From Mobula hypostoma (lineage: Eukaryota): a DNA stretch of 64,000 bases. Below the pieces are notes generated by a model. It saw only the letters and a program-made list of their open reading frames with translations. It was not told the DNA's origin and did not search any database. Below are positions 50,316-64,000 of the stretch, in pieces (the stretch's first letter is position 1; every line of letters starts with the position of its first letter). The position numbers and the translations under genes were made by a program. The DNA lies in the NCBI RefSeq assembly GCF_963921235.1, contig NC_086097.1, forward strand, positions 212,786,001 to 212,850,000. The letters are read 5' to 3'.

Positions 50316-51359
50316 CTAATACGTACCTTCATCCTGCAACAGTGCATCCTGCCAGATTTAATCACCTAAAGGTTTTCAGTTTGTAGACATGGAAAAGACA
50401 TTTAAAACATGGCCATGACACCAACAAAGGATCCAGAAATAACACTCAAATGTGCCATAAAGCGAAGAAATCTAATGGAGCAAGTTGTGGGGATTCAGAA
50501 GAATGATATTCAGTTGTCTTGGGCCATCTGTATCAACACAGGTCCACAGAATGAGAAGATTTATTTTGAACACTCTAGACACCACATAAGTTTGAAGGCA
50601 TAGCCTAGAGATTGAGTGTCATCTTTAGATGAGGAGGAGGAGGACAGGAAAAAGTGTGAATCCTCCTCTGATGAGAGTGGGTGCTGTATTTTGTCACACA
50701 TCCTGCGGGACGAGTGAAGATCCTGTGCAAAATTTTAAAACTGAATTGGAACAAAGTAAGAACTTTAAAAGTTATCGTTAAACATGTGGTTAATTTTCAC
50801 TCGTTAATGACTTTGTGCATGTGGATACAATATCTGAATGAGTTAGGAGTTAAAAGGACTTTGCAAATATAATGCAGAAAGATTCAGCTCTTCCAATATT
50901 GACACCCCACTACTACACACTATCCCATCCCACCTCCACCACATCACTCCATCCTCAGCCCCCAGTTTCTCAACTGATCCAGAAGTTAATGTTCAATTAT
51001 CCTTCCATGTCTTCTGATTATGGATCTTACATTATTCTCATTCTGATGCTGCATGGGTTTTGTGACATTTCCCTCCCCCTCTTTTACTTAGTTCTTTCTG
51101 TCCTTTTCCTATCCTTTCTCAGTATCTCTGACTGTAATGCATGTTTTCCAATGATGAACTTAATTTCTATTTTTAACCTTGTCCCCATCACAAAAATCTG
51201 CACCATTATCAGCTACACAATTAAGGAATATGCAGTTAAAACACTTTATAGAAATATTTTCATTATGAAAGTATATAACACTCAATCAAAAAATTTTAGA
51301 TCACAAGAAAAATAAACAATGAGCTCTTATGATTAATAGTTGGCATCGACCTTGCTTAA

Positions 51360-51680
51360 GGATTCAAGATTGTTTACTGTTATTTCCAATAAATAGTGTA
51401 AAGGAGAATGAAATAATTGTTACTCCAGATCCAATGCAGCCCAAAAATCCCCAAATGTGATAAAGAACACTTTAATTTAAAAAAACACAATAAATATAAA
51501 TATAAGATGGTTTATGTATATTGATTGTTTGTACATAAAGTGACGCTAGACACAGGAGTGTCTGTACATAAGGTGACTCTGACAGGAAATGATAAAGTAG
51601 TGATGCTGGAGGCATGTTGTTCGGGTGGGTTAGTGGGTAGAGATGTTGATTAGCCTTACTGCTTGGGGAAAACTGAGTGA
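51360..51680 (-). mobile_element. LINE 3' UTR fragment (Rex1-type)
   Basis: GATTCAAGATTGTTTA tail and TTGATTAGCCTTACTGCTTGGGGAAA (minus FPQAVRLIN). Confidence 0.65.
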
Positions 51681-54600
51681 GTATCCAAGCAATTCCCAGA
51701 CCCCTGCTGTTTCCAATAATCACAGACAGCCAATATTACCAATCCATCGGGTTCTGATCTGACCAACACCAACACTCATCGCCACCCTGAATCTCCAGGT
51801 CCATTCCTCCCTATCCTCCCTGATCATCACATTACCAGCACCCCTCCGCCAACCTGTGATCTGCAATCTACCGAAATCCCTCAATGGGAAAAGACCTCGT
51901 CCAGCTAAGGGGCAATAATACACAATATCCTGGGCCCTGTGCTCAATGGGGTTCCATTGCTGGAGGCCTCATTCAGATAAGGTGATGCCCCTCCCATGAA
52001 TTCTCACAAATGCACCCCCACCCAAATTTAATCATCCACAAAGCACGTGAGTTTCACTCAGTCTTCTCAACCATCATGTGAGGTTCAGTAGTGATGACTA
52101 GAGCAGTTTTTCAGGTGCTGCTCACTTTCTAGACTGACATATTTAAGGAATGTGGCAAATAAGTCCACCCAATATTAAACCAGATCAGTCGCAGTTGCTT
52201 GCCTTGAGTCTTGCTCAATGTGTGCTGTACTGCCCCTTTACTGAACATAGAACATAGAATAGTACAGCACATTGCAGACCAAGGATTCAGGTAAACTTTC
52301 ATTTCTTCATTCATCAGGTGCATGATCAAAATGCAGTATAAATGCAATTAAAGGCAGAAATTTGATTACATACGCAGCATCAGCATTATGTGTCTGCTCT
52401 GAGATCTAGCACAGACTCAAAGATTGAATGGTTTCCTTCAATGCTATAAGGGAATACAAAAGTAGAACTTCAATGAAAAGTAAGACATAAAGGAAAATCT
52501 TGGGTTTATTGTGACTTGCATGAGCTGCAAGTGTTTCCTTCCAGGTCTTTGGTGCATCTGACAAACTAATGTACAGAGAAGCTGAGACATCCACATAGCA
52601 CATAATGGCCTGCAGGTTTCATCATTTCCATTCTGCTGGTCACTCATGCAGAAGAACTTCTCAATGCTTGTGACATTTACATTGTATTACTTAAAGAGTT
52701 ACGTAAGAAAAGTTAAGACCCCATTCTGCATTTGAGCACCCACTTGGGTACATCTCACAAACAACTTACTTACCTGGTTTTCCCTTTGGATCCCACCCCA
52801 CCATTCTCTGCAAGTGTGAGGCTGTCTGTTCAGGTAGGAAGATTAGAAAATCAGACCAGTGTTCAAATGGAGAGGGAGTACAGGCTGCACCTGTACATTT
52901 GGATCTGGTGTCTTTGTACATGTTACAGTGAAAGCTGGCATACAGGCAGAGCTAGTAATTAGGAAGCTATACGGATTTTTGGCCTTCATTGCACAGGAAG
53001 TGGAGTGAAGGTGAGGAAGGTGGCGGATACTCAGAGCATGGGTCATAAACCTGAAATGTTACCCTGCTTTCCTCTCCACAGTTTCTCCCTGGCCTGAAGG
53101 ATAAACTCACATTTTGTTTCCTGTGTCTTAAGGAAATAAAAAAAACTCAGGGATAAAATCAAGTCAGGGAAAAAAAATGCCAAAGCATTCACCCTTCTTT
53201 AATAAAAAAAAATTTGATTTCCTATTACTGCTGCAAGCTGCTTTACACTCGAGGAATGTATACACAATCAAACAGCTTAACATGGAGCAGAGAGAACAAA
53301 TTTAAAATCAAAATACAGGAAAAACATATGAATGAAAATATCAATACTTATGTCTTATTGCTCTTATCAGGATTAAACATTCATGACTAGAAATTGGATT
53401 TTTCTTATTTCAGTGTGCTAAAACATGGTTGCATGTGGTGTTAATACTACTGTATATTATGTACTCTCCAAAAATAATGAGTGTTTGAAGCAGCATGAGG
53501 GTTATTTACATCTTGAAAGAAAAGCTAAAATGGATCTACCTGCTTCCAAAGAGGACTTCACTCAATATCCTGCAATTCCTAACACTTTTGTACACAGTGC
53601 TCAGAGAAAGGCATCAGCCCTGAAGGCACAATTGGCATGACATCTCAACTCATTTAACATGCTCACTTTGACTGCCAGAAAGAAAACAGTTTATTGAGGA
53701 GAGGAAGACAGCTTCAACATCAGTCTAAGGGTCATCAAGTCTTGGTCCAGGGGTTCAAGTGATCTGTCAGTGCTGCCATAAAAAGAGCCTGGCTGGAGAT
53801 GGTGTGAGTAGTTTCCTTCAGTAGGACTCCTATACAATGCAGAAAGTTGGAAAAATATTAACTTCCCATTATTGATTTGCAGACCACTGACTGTATCTGC
53901 AGAATTCATATCCTCACTGGAAAATTCATTTATTAAGATGTCTCCTTTCATTAAGGAAGATGCCTCTCATCAAGAAATACAGAGTTTGCAGCAGTAGATT
54001 TAAGTAAATGGGATAAGGATTCATTTACTCATTGGTACTTTACAATCAGAGCAGGTGGACCTATAAAACAGGATGTTAGGGTGTTTGTGCATTACTTTGT
54101 CTTTCCTTTTTTTTTGTTGTTAGAGAATACAGTAGTAAGAGGATCAATTGATGTTTATTAGAATCATTATTAGGTTAACAGACTACTTAAGAGAAGCACA
54201 TTGGTCTCATAGCTTCATACCGACCAGCCCTCTCTCATCTGTTCATTCAGGAGATAGGCCTGTGAACAGGGAATCCCTCTGGGAGCAGCCTCCTTTCTCT
54301 TGCTGATCTTTAGGGTTCTCCCTCATGGATCTCATCCTCTAGTTCTCCTTGTTGATCTTCCTTTGGCAGCAATTGCTGTTTATGGATTGCAGATTTGCTC
54401 AGAGTGAAGACTCTCCATATGGTTGTTGTACACATCAGAGTGCCCTTGCACTTAAACAGTCCAATAGCAACCACTGGCATCAGCATGTACCGTGCTCTGC
54501 TGTTATGGTTGGAGAGTGCATTTGTGCATGTCATCTTTGAGGTACAAGGTAATCCTACACTACTACATCCACCCTTTTGGTCAGTTCTAACCATTGAAAA

Positions 54601-55387
54601 TATCTGACAGTATGGAATCAAATGTGCATCATGGAATTACTAGATTCATTGTGAGGAAATTCTGGTCACCCATAACAGTAGGTAGCGGAATATTGTTCAA
54701 CCAGTGGGCACATTAATGCAGCCAACAGCTACCCGCACTCACTTGAAGCCAGCACTATTTTCAGATCCCAGTGTTTGATGCATCATTTGTTCCTCACTAA
54801 AATCAAAGCAGGTGACATTATTTCATCCTGAATATAAGGCCTGGTGCCCTCTCTGACGAAGTGGTAAGTGATAAATTGTGAGATAAGGCAAAAAGATCAC
54901 AGTGATCTTTGCCCGTGATACCATGAGCTTGTGAATCTTTTGTCTTTATGAGAAGCCCAGGGAGGATGTGATGTCTCTGGTCTCCCTTGGAGTTAGCTGT
55001 CCATTGATGGTTATGTCTTTGTTTCCTTTCCTGAGGTCCAGATCCATATGGTCATAATGAGGCCGCTATTAACTGAGTATCACTGACAGTATCACTACAG
55101 GGAGTGTTCTCTCCAACGTGAACCATAAATATCTCTATGGTTATATTTTGGAAAACACCCTCTCTGTCAGATTTAACTCTTTCTTCATAACTTGGAATGC
55201 ATTTGAGCAGCCTGCAAGTCACTCCTGAAGGTGTCCAGTCAGATCTCCTGATGTCAGCATAGTGCCTGTTCAAAAATGAAAAGTTATCACAATGTGCTTC
55301 TGTTCTACTTTTAGACTAACAAGAATTTTCTTTGACAGTTGTCATTTATAGCTTTGAGCAATTGTTTATGTTGGTAGTGCAGAACTG

Positions 55388-55690
55388 GGCGTCTGGTAGC
55401 ATGAAGGTTAGCGCAGTGTTTTACAATGCCTGGGATTAGGATTTAATTCCTGCAGCTGTCTGCAAGGAGTATGTATGTTCTCCCCATGACTGCATGGTGC
55501 TCTGATTTCACCTTACGTCCCAAAGACATACAGTTTAAGGTTAGTAGGTTGTGGGCAAGCTGTGGTGGTGGTGGAAATATGTCAACGCTTGTAGGCCACC
55601 CTCACCACATCCTCGCACTGTGTTGGATGTTGAACTTCATTTCACTGTATGTTTCGATGCACATGTGACAAACAATACTAATCTTTGATT
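55388..55690 (+). mobile_element. Decayed tRNA-derived V-SINE
   Basis: A-box-like TAGCATGAAGG, B-box-like GATTTAATTCC, ..CCCAAAGACATAC core, tail ATTTCACTGTATGTTTCGATGCACATGTGAC. Confidence 0.75.
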
Positions 55691-57084
55691 TTTAGTGCAA
55701 CAAGGATGCAGCAAATGCCCAGAAAATCTCAGATGTACTAACACGATTGGTACATGTTCTACCTGAAAATATTTGCCAGTGCGGTCCGGTCCACTGTGGA
55801 ATTAGCACCCGAAGCTGCACACTGCATATTGCACGTTTCAAATTTTAAGCTCCCATTCCATTCACATCATCTCACTACAACCATACCCCCACAACCACCC
55901 CCCCACCACTCTTTTCCCATGATTTTAAATTTATCCATTGCTATTCAACTTGAATTGATTCTCAACTAGAATATTCTCGCAACCAAGGTATTGAAATTTA
56001 ATAAAATATACCGTAATCTCAATTCTTTGATGCATTTGTGAATTATTCATCCTCCAGCATTATTACCTATCAATGTTGCTCTGACATACATTCAACAGCA
56101 GATTGGTAGAGAAACAGATAGACAAGAATAAAATAGATTGAAAGGTAAAAATTATACCTTCTGCAAATATACTTTTCCTCTTGAATCCTGTCAGTTGCAG
56201 CTAGTATTTAACCTTGAACATCTTTGATACCTTGACATGCTTATATTTTTATTATGCAAGTAAATCTAGCTGGAATAACTTTCACATTTCTTTTTATGTG
56301 TTGCAGGAGATGAGTACTTGTTAAAAGCCTGCTGTTGACAGCAAGGAAGGAACAGGTGGAGGACTGATAAGTACATTTGTTTGGATGAAGATTTTTGCAG
56401 CATTTCCATACCAGTAATCAGTGAGTTATTCTCATGTCCAGTTTTGCCTTATTACCCAGAATGCCTTTGACTGATTGGTTATTTTTGGTTTCTCTGAAGA
56501 TACATGAAAATTTGGAGCTAAATAAACACACAGAGTAAGAACAAAGTCAAGCAGGTGCTGAAACACAAATTCATATAGGAATGAGCAGAGCACTGGCAGC
56601 AGAAATGTGATTGAAAGGAGCAATGATTGAAAAATAGACAATGAGAAAGATTGATACAGGATGAAAGTGAGAACAATGGAGAATGAAAACACTAAGCTGT
56701 AGAAACTGGATCTTGTTGCCCCCATCAAAGAGTGTCTGAAAGACATCTGACCTGCTTACTTAAAATGGGTGTCATGTTCCTCACGTATAAAGATGAACGG
56801 ATGCCATCTGTTTTAGGTCCTCTTTGGGATATTGGACATTATCCAGATTCCTCAGCAGCCTGCACTGAATAGAATGATTTTCAAAAATAAATGTGTATTT
56901 GCCAGCAGTGGCAATAAAACCCCCATCCACTTCAAACAACCAACCTCTTATCCCCTCTCTCCACCGTTCTTCAGTCTCTCATTCTGGCACTTACTGTATG
57001 CTCTCTTTGCTGAGGATAAGCTATAGGATAAAATGGGAAAATTTGCCATAAACACTCATCAGATTCAGGAAATGGCAGTGATGT

Positions 57085-58535
57085 TTCACTACCAGATGAC
57101 CTCAATGCCTTCTATGAACGATTTGAAGGGGAGGACACAGCTTCAGCTGTGAAGATCACTGCTGCACCTGATGACCCTGTGATCTCTGTCTCAGAGGCCG
57201 ATGTCAGACTGTCTTTAAAGAGAGTGAACACTCGCAAGGCAGAAGATCCTGATGGAGTACCCGGTAAGGCTCTGAAAACCTGTGCCAACCAACTAGCGGG
57301 CATATTCAAGGACATTTTCAACCTCTCACTGCTACGGGCAGAAGTTCCCACTCGCTTCAAAAAGGCAACAATTATACCAGCACCAAAGAAGAATAACGTG
57401 GGCAGCCTTAACTATCGCCCAGTAGCACTCACGTCGACAGTGATGAAATGCTTTGAGAGGTTGGTTATGACAAGACTGAACTTCTGCCTCAGCAAGGACC
57501 TGGACCCATTGCAACATATCCTCTTTGCTGATGATCAACACTGGCGCACCTCAGGGGTGCGTGCTTAGCCTACTGCTCTACTCTCTGTATACACATGACT
57601 GTGTGCCTAGGCATAGCTCAAATACCATCTACAAATTTTCTGATGATACAACCGTTGTTGGTAGAATCTCAGGTGGTGACGAGAGGGTGTATAGGAGTGA
57701 GATATGCCAACTAGTGGAGTGGTGCTGTAGCAACAACCTGGCACTCAACGTCAGCAAGACGAAAGAGCTGATTGAGGACTTCAGGAAGGGTAAGACAAAG
57801 GAACACATACCAATCCGCATAGAGGGATCAGAGGTGGAGAGAGTGAGCAGCTTCAAGTTCCTGGGTGTCAAGAACTCTGAGGATCTAACCTGGTCCCAAC
57901 ACATTGATGTAGTCATAAAGAAGGCAAGACAGCGGCTATACTTTATTAGGAGTTTGAAGCGATTTGGCATGTCAACAAATCCACTCAAAAACTTCTATAG
58001 TTGTACCGTGGAGAGCATCCTGACAGGCTGCATCACTGTCTGGTATGGAGGGGCTACTGCACAGGACTGAAAGAAGCTGCAGAAGATTGTAAATGTCAGC
58101 TCCATCTTGGGTACTAGCCTACGAAGTACCCAGGACATCTTTAGGGAGCAGCGTCCATTATTAAGGACCTCCAGCAACAAGGGCATGCCCTTTTCTCACT
58201 GTTACCATGAAGTAGGAGACGCAGAAGCCTGAAGACACACACACAGTGATTCAGGAACAGCTTCTTCCCCTCTGCCATCCAATTCCTGAATGGACTTTGA
58301 AGCTTTGGACACTACCTCACTTTTTTTAATACACAGTGTTTCTGTTTTTGCACATTTTTTAATATTCTATTCAATATACGTAATTGATCTACTTGTTTAT
58401 TGATTATTATGTTTTATTTTATTTATTATTTTTTCTCTCTCTCTGCTAGATTATGTGTGGCATTGAACTGCTGCTGCTAAGTTAACAAATTTCACGTCAC
58501 ATGCCGGTGATAATAAACCTGATTCTGATTCTGAT
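57085..58535 (+). mobile_element. Rex1/Babar LINE, same family as 23965-26420, with internal RT deletion
   Basis: ORFs 57149-57568 and 57525-58070 (PQGCVLS..FSDDTT..KARQRLYF); (CTGATT)n tail. Confidence 0.93.
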
Positions 58536-58554
58536 GAGACTCATAGCCATCACA

Positions 58555-58860
58555 GAGTCATGGGGTCAGAGAGAGGTACAGCCTGAAACCCAACCCTTTG
58601 GCCCAATATTGTGCACCAATCTGAGCAGACCAGTATACACCAATTCTACATTGATTCGATATTTATTCATTCTCATCAACTCTTCCAGATTCTACTCCTC
58701 TCATGTGCAATAGCCAATTAGCCTACCAAACTGCACGACTTTCCATTGTGGAGGGAAACCAAACAGCAGGAGAAAATTCATATAGTTACAGGGAGAAAAT
58801 GCAAACTCAACATGGACGTTATCCACAATTGGAATCAAACCTAGGTTCCTGGCAGCTATC
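58555..58860 (-). mobile_element. Decayed V-domain SINE
   Basis: CCAATTAGCCTACCA..TGTGGAGGGAAACC..GGAATCAAACCTAGG, reverse SINE motifs. Confidence 0.6.
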
Positions 58861-59029
58861 TAGCAAACACCACTTTATCCTTATTATAATCCGTTGGTCT
58901 GATAAAATATTGGGCTAACTGGGATTCATCACAAGAAAAGGATATCACTGTAAATAGATTTAAACTACATTAAATGCTCCACGTGATTAAAATTGAGGGG
59001 TAAGAGTTCACAGCGAAAAATGTGCATTT

Positions 59030-61242
59030 TTAAAAAATGTTGAAATTGAAACCACATCCATCACTTGTGCTGGCAGCTCATTACACCTTCTCACCACCCT
59101 CTGAGTGAAGAAGTTGCAGCTAATGTTCCCATTAAACACTTCACCTTTCACCCTTAACCCATGACCTCTAGCTAGAGTCTCACCCAACCTCAGTGGAAAA
59201 AGCCTGCTTGCATTTACCCTATCTATACCCCTCATAATTTTGTAGATCTCTATCAAATCTCCCCTCTATCTTCAAAGCTCTGGAGAATAAAGTCCAAACC
59301 TATTCAACCTTTCCCTATAACTCAGGTCCTCAAGACCAGGTAACATCCTTGTAGATCTTCTCTGCACTCTTTGAATCTTATTTATATCTTTACTGTCAGT
59401 AGGTGACCAAAACTAGACACAATTCTCCAAATTAGGCCTCACCAAAATCTTATACAATATCAAAATAACATCTCAACTCCTGCACTCAATGCATTGATTT
59501 ATGAAGGACAATGTGCCAAAAACTTTCTTTACGACCCTATGTACCCGTGATGCTGCTTTCAAGGAATTATGCATCCATATTCCCAGATCCCTTTGTTCTG
59601 CTTCACTGCTCAGTGCCCAGCTACTTAATATGTAAGACCTCCCAAAGTGCAACACCTCACATTTGACTGCATTAAATTCCATCTGCCAATTTTCAGCCCA
59701 TTTTTCCATTTAGTCCAGGTTTTACTGTAAGCTTTGATAGTCTTCTTGCTGTTCATTACAACACCAGCCTTGCTGTCACCTGCAAATTTGTTGATCCAAT
59801 CTACCACATTACCATCCAGATCACTGATATGGATGACGAACAACAATGGATCCAGCACCGATCCATGTGGCACTCCACTAGTCACAGGTCTCCAGTCAGA
59901 GAGGCAACCACCTACAACCACTCTCTGGCTTCTCCCACAAAGCCAATATCTAATTTAATTTACTACCTCACCCTGGGTGCCGAGCAACCAAACCTTCTTG
60001 ACCAGCCACCTATGCAGGATCTTGTCGAAGAACATACTTAACATCCATGTAGACAGCAGACATTGCCTTGCCTGCATCAAATTTCCTGGTAACTTCCTCA
60101 AAAAGACTGGTTAGACACAACTTACCATGCACAAAGCCATGATGACTATCCCTAGTCTATCCAAATACTTAGATATCCGGTCTCTTAGAATATCTTCCAG
60201 TAACTATTTCAACTGATGTCAGGCTCAACGGCCTATAATTTCATTGCCTTTCTTAAACATCAGAACAAGATTAGCTATCCTCCAAGCTTCTGGCACACTC
60301 CCGTATCTAAGGATATTTTCAATATCTCTGCTAGGGCCCCAGAAATATCTGTACTAGCCTCCCACAGGGTTCAAGGGAAGAACACTTTGTCAGGCCCTGG
60401 GGATTTATCCACCATTGTTTGTCTTAAGACAGCAAACACTACATCCTCTGTAACCTGTATAGTGTCATGTCCTCACTGCTGCTTTGCTGCACTTCTATAG
60501 ACACTGTATCCATCTCCTGAATAAATACAAAAGATCCAGGCATCGATTATCAGTCTGATATTCTCCCTTGCTATGTTTTGCTCTTAATACTGTATATATG
60601 TAGAAGCCCCTAAGACTCTCCTTTACCTGTTAGAACATCCTCATGCCTTCTTTTGACCCTGCTGATTTCCTCCTTAAGTGTTCTCTTGCATTTCTTATAC
60701 TCTTCAAATAACACATTTGTCCCTACCTGCACCTCCTTCTCTTTCTTAACTAGGGCCTCAATATCTCTTAAAAACCAAGGTTCCCTTCTAATGTGGCAAG
60801 AACATACAAACTCTGTACTCGCAAAATTTCATTTTTGAAGGCCTCCTATTTGCCAGTCACAACTTTGGAAGAAAACAGCTTGTCCCAAACCACATTTCCC
60901 AGATCTTTTCTGATACTATCAAAATCAGCCTTTCTCTAATTTAGAATCTCAACCTGAGAACCAGACCTCCGTCCCCCATCAGAAAGGCCTCAAAGCTCTC
61001 TGTTTTATTTATCTTAAAACTAATGGCATTGTGATCACTCAATGCAAAGTGTTCTGCCACCTGCCCTGTATCATTCCCTAATCAGAGATCTAGCGTTGCA
61101 CTCTCTCTAATTGGAACTTCTATTTATTGATTAAGGAAACTTTCCTGAACACATTTGACAAACTCTATCCCATTCAGGCTTTTTACAGTATGGGAGTCCC
61201 AGTCAATATGTGGAAAGTAAAAATCAGCTACTATTACAATCT
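59030..61242 (-). mobile_element. CR1 ORF2 (APE end to RT), degraded
   Basis: Minus ORFs 59625-59921 (GVPHGSVLDPLLF..KFAGD), 59473-59709, 59008-59256. Confidence 0.92.
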
Positions 61243-61249
61243 GTCAATA

Positions 61250-62452
61250 TGACATCAACTGTCTCGACTTCAGCACTCCTCCTTCCAAATCCAACCCCAC
61301 CCTTTCTGGATGCTCTGAACCCTCCTACCCAATATCCACAGACCCACCTGTCGAGATAGACTCATTGTTTCAGCTTGTTCCTGCCCCCACTGAACTCACA
61401 TCTGCATACCTTGACTCCGTTTTATCCCTAGTTCAATCCCTTCCTACCTACATCTGTGACACTTCACACACTCTGGATCTTTTCAATGATTTCTCGTTCC
61501 CTGGTCCCTATCATCATAATTTCACCATGGATGTCCAGTCCCTATACACCTCCATCCCCCATCAGAAAGGCCTCAAAGCTCTCCTTTTCTTTCTGGACAC
61601 CAGATACAACCAGTTCCCCTCCACCACCGCTCTCCTCCATCTGGTGGAACTCATCCTCACTCTTAATAATTTATCCTTTGGCCCCTCCCACTTCCTTCAA
61701 ACAAAAGGTGTTGCCATGGGCACCCACATGGGTCTCAGCTATGCCTGCCTTTTTGTCAGCTATGTGGAACAGTCTATGTTCCAAGCCTGCACTGGTGACC
61801 GTCCCCACTTTTCCTATGCTACATCAACGATTGCATTGGTGCTGCTCCCTGCACCCATGCAGAGCTTGTCGACTTCATCAACTTTGCCTCCAACTTCCAC
61901 CCTGCCCTCAAATTTAGCTGGTCCATTTCTGACAGCTCCCTCCCCTTTCTCAATCTCACTGTCTCTATCCCTGGAGACGGCTTATCTACTGATGTGTATT
62001 ATAAACCCACAGACTCTCACAGACTGTCACGTGTGAAAACACTATCCCCTTCTCTCAATTCTTCTGTCTGCATCATATCTTCTCTCAAGCTGAGGCTTTT
62101 CACTCCAGAACAAAGGAGATGTCCTCCTTTTTCAAAGAATGGGGCTTCCTTTCCTCCACAATCAATGCAGTCCTCAACCGCATCTCTTCCATTTCACACA
62201 CGTCTGCTCCCATTCCATCCTCCCACCACCCAACCAAGGATAGGGTTCCTCTTGTCTTCACTTACCATCCCACCAGTCCAACACATAATTCTCTGGAACT
62301 TCTGCCATCTCCAACTGAATCCTACCACCAAGCACATCTTTCCCTCTCTGCCCCCCATTTTCTGCTTTCCGCAGGGATCACTCCCTATGCGACTCCCTTG
62401 TCCATTCGTTCCTCCCCACTGATCTCCTGCCTGGCACTTATCCTTGCAAGTA
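61250..62452 (+). mobile_element. Penelope-like element RT region, frameshifted
   Basis: ORF 61365-62036 FTMDVQSLYTSIPH..QTKGVAMGTHMG..YACLF; YYKPTDSH; DRVPLVFTYHP, homologous to 16515-17040. Confidence 0.92.
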
Positions 62453-62469
62453 AAATAAGAACAAGAACA

Positions 62470-64000
62470 AACAGTAGCCTAGATATAGGGTGCAAGTTGA
62501 ATCAAGAGTTAAAATTGGCATGTCACAAAGGTAATTCTACAGTTGTTATGTGGGATTTCAACATGGGGGTAGGCTGGTAAAAATCAGGTTGGGACTGGGC
62601 CCCAAGAAAGGGAGTTTGTGGAGTGCTTATTTAGGTACGTGAAGAGGAAAAAATTAGTTAAGACAAAAGTTGGGTCCTTGAAGACGGAAACGGGTGAGTT
62701 TATTATGGGGAACAAAGAAATGGCAGACGGGTTGAACAGGTACTTTGGATCTCTTTTCACTAGGGAAGACACAAACAATCTCCCATATGTAATAAGTGGC
62801 CAGAGGACCTAGAGTAATGGAAGAACTAAAGGAAATTCACATTAGGCAGAAAATGGTGTTGGATAGACTGATGGGACTGAAGGCTGATAAATCCCCGGGA
62901 CCTGATGGTCTGCATCCCAGGGTACTTAAGGAGGTGGCTCTAGAAATTGTGGACGCATTGGTAATCATTGTCCAATGTTCTATAGATTCAGGATCAGTCC
63001 CTGTGGATTGGAGGGTAGCTAATGTTATCTCACTTTTTAAGAAAAGAGGGAGAAAGAAAACAGGGAATCATAGACCAGTTAGCCTGACATCAGTGGTGGG
63101 GAAGATGCTGGAGTCAATTTTAAAAGATGAAATAGCGGCACATTTGGATAGCAGTAACAGGATCGTTCTGAGTCAGCATGGATTTACGAAGGGGAAATCG
63201 TGCTTGACTAATCTTCTGGAACTTTTTGAGGATGTAACTATAAAAATGGACAAGGGAGAGCCGGTGGATGTAATGTACCTGGATTTTCAGAAAGCCTTTG
63301 ATAAGCTTCCACATAGGAGATTAGTGGGCAAAATTGGAGAACATGGTATTGGGGGCAGAGTACTGACATGGATATGAAATTGGTTGGCAGACAGGAAACA
63401 AAGAGCAGGGATTAACGAGTCCCTTTCAGAATGGCAGGCAGTGACTATTGGGGTACCGCAAGGCTCGGTGCTGGGACCGCAGCTATTTACAATATACATT
63501 AATGATTTAGATGAAGGGATTAAAAGTAACATTAGCAAATTTGCAGATGACACAAAGCTGGGTGGCAGTGTGAAATGTGAGGGGGATGTTATGAGAATGC
63601 AGGATGACTTGGACAGATTGGGTGAGTGGGCAGATGCATGGCAGATGCAGTTCAATGTGGATAAATGTGAGGTTATCCACTTTGGTGGCAAGAACAGGAA
63701 GGCAGATTACTATCTGAATTGTGTCAAGTTAGGAAAAGGGGAAGTACAATGAGATCTAGGTGTTCTTGTTCATCAGTCACTGAAAGTAAGCATGCAGGTA
63801 GAGCAGGCAGTGAAGAAAGCTAATGACGTTTTGTTCTTCATAACAAGGGGAGTTGAGTATAGGAGCAAAGAGGTCCTTCTGCAGTTGTACAGGGCCCTGG
63901 TGAGACCAAACCTGGAGTATTGTGTGCAGTTTTGGTCTCCAAATTTGAGGACATTTTTGCTATTGAGGGAGTGCAGCGTAGGTTCACGAGGTTAATTCCC
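62470..64000 (+). mobile_element. CR1 ORF2 (short APE piece joined to RT), cut by window end
   Basis: VVMWDFN APE motif then a jump at ~62627; ORFs 62796-63377, 63384-63752, 63792-63995 with RPVSLTSVVGK, LDFQKAFDK, FADDTK. Confidence 0.95.

Noticed and set aside
50872..51315. 147-aa hydrophobic ORF as a membrane protein
   Set aside because: Low-complexity pyrimidine-rich sequence, no recognisable family, no splice support
54887..54914. Hairpin GGCAAAAAGATCAC-A-GTGATCTTTGCC
   Set aside because: Too short for a pre-miRNA, no supporting context, plausible by chance

Overview
Eukaryotic, repeat-dominated genomic DNA with no recognisable host protein-coding gene, rRNA, true tRNA gene or CRISPR array. 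The repeat repertoire (many CR1 LINEs, Rex1/Babar LINEs, Penelope-like elements, V-domain tRNA-SINEs) suggests a vertebrate, most likely a cartilaginous fish (inference). More than half of the window is decayed, often nested transposable elements: about 17 CR1 pieces, including one near-full-length copy with an ORF1 esterase; about 8 Rex1/Babar pieces; Penelope-like elements of two families; two Gypsy relics; SINEs; and Tc1-, hAT- and pogo-like non-autonomous DNA elements. The long ORFs I can recognise are retrotransposon fragments or their antisense frames. The most notable observations are: (1) an HDV/CPEB3-like ribozyme fold whose predicted cleavage site lies at the 5' end of a non-coding retroelement (4834-5005, minus strand); (2) minimal hammerhead ribozyme motifs in two Penelope families; (3) locally templated insertions that look like polymerase-theta-type repair scars; (4) multi-tier nested insertions with readable target-site duplications (TSDs). 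All alignments were done by eye and boundaries are approximate unless a TSD or terminal inverted repeat (TIR) is quoted. I found no convincing new protein-coding system.
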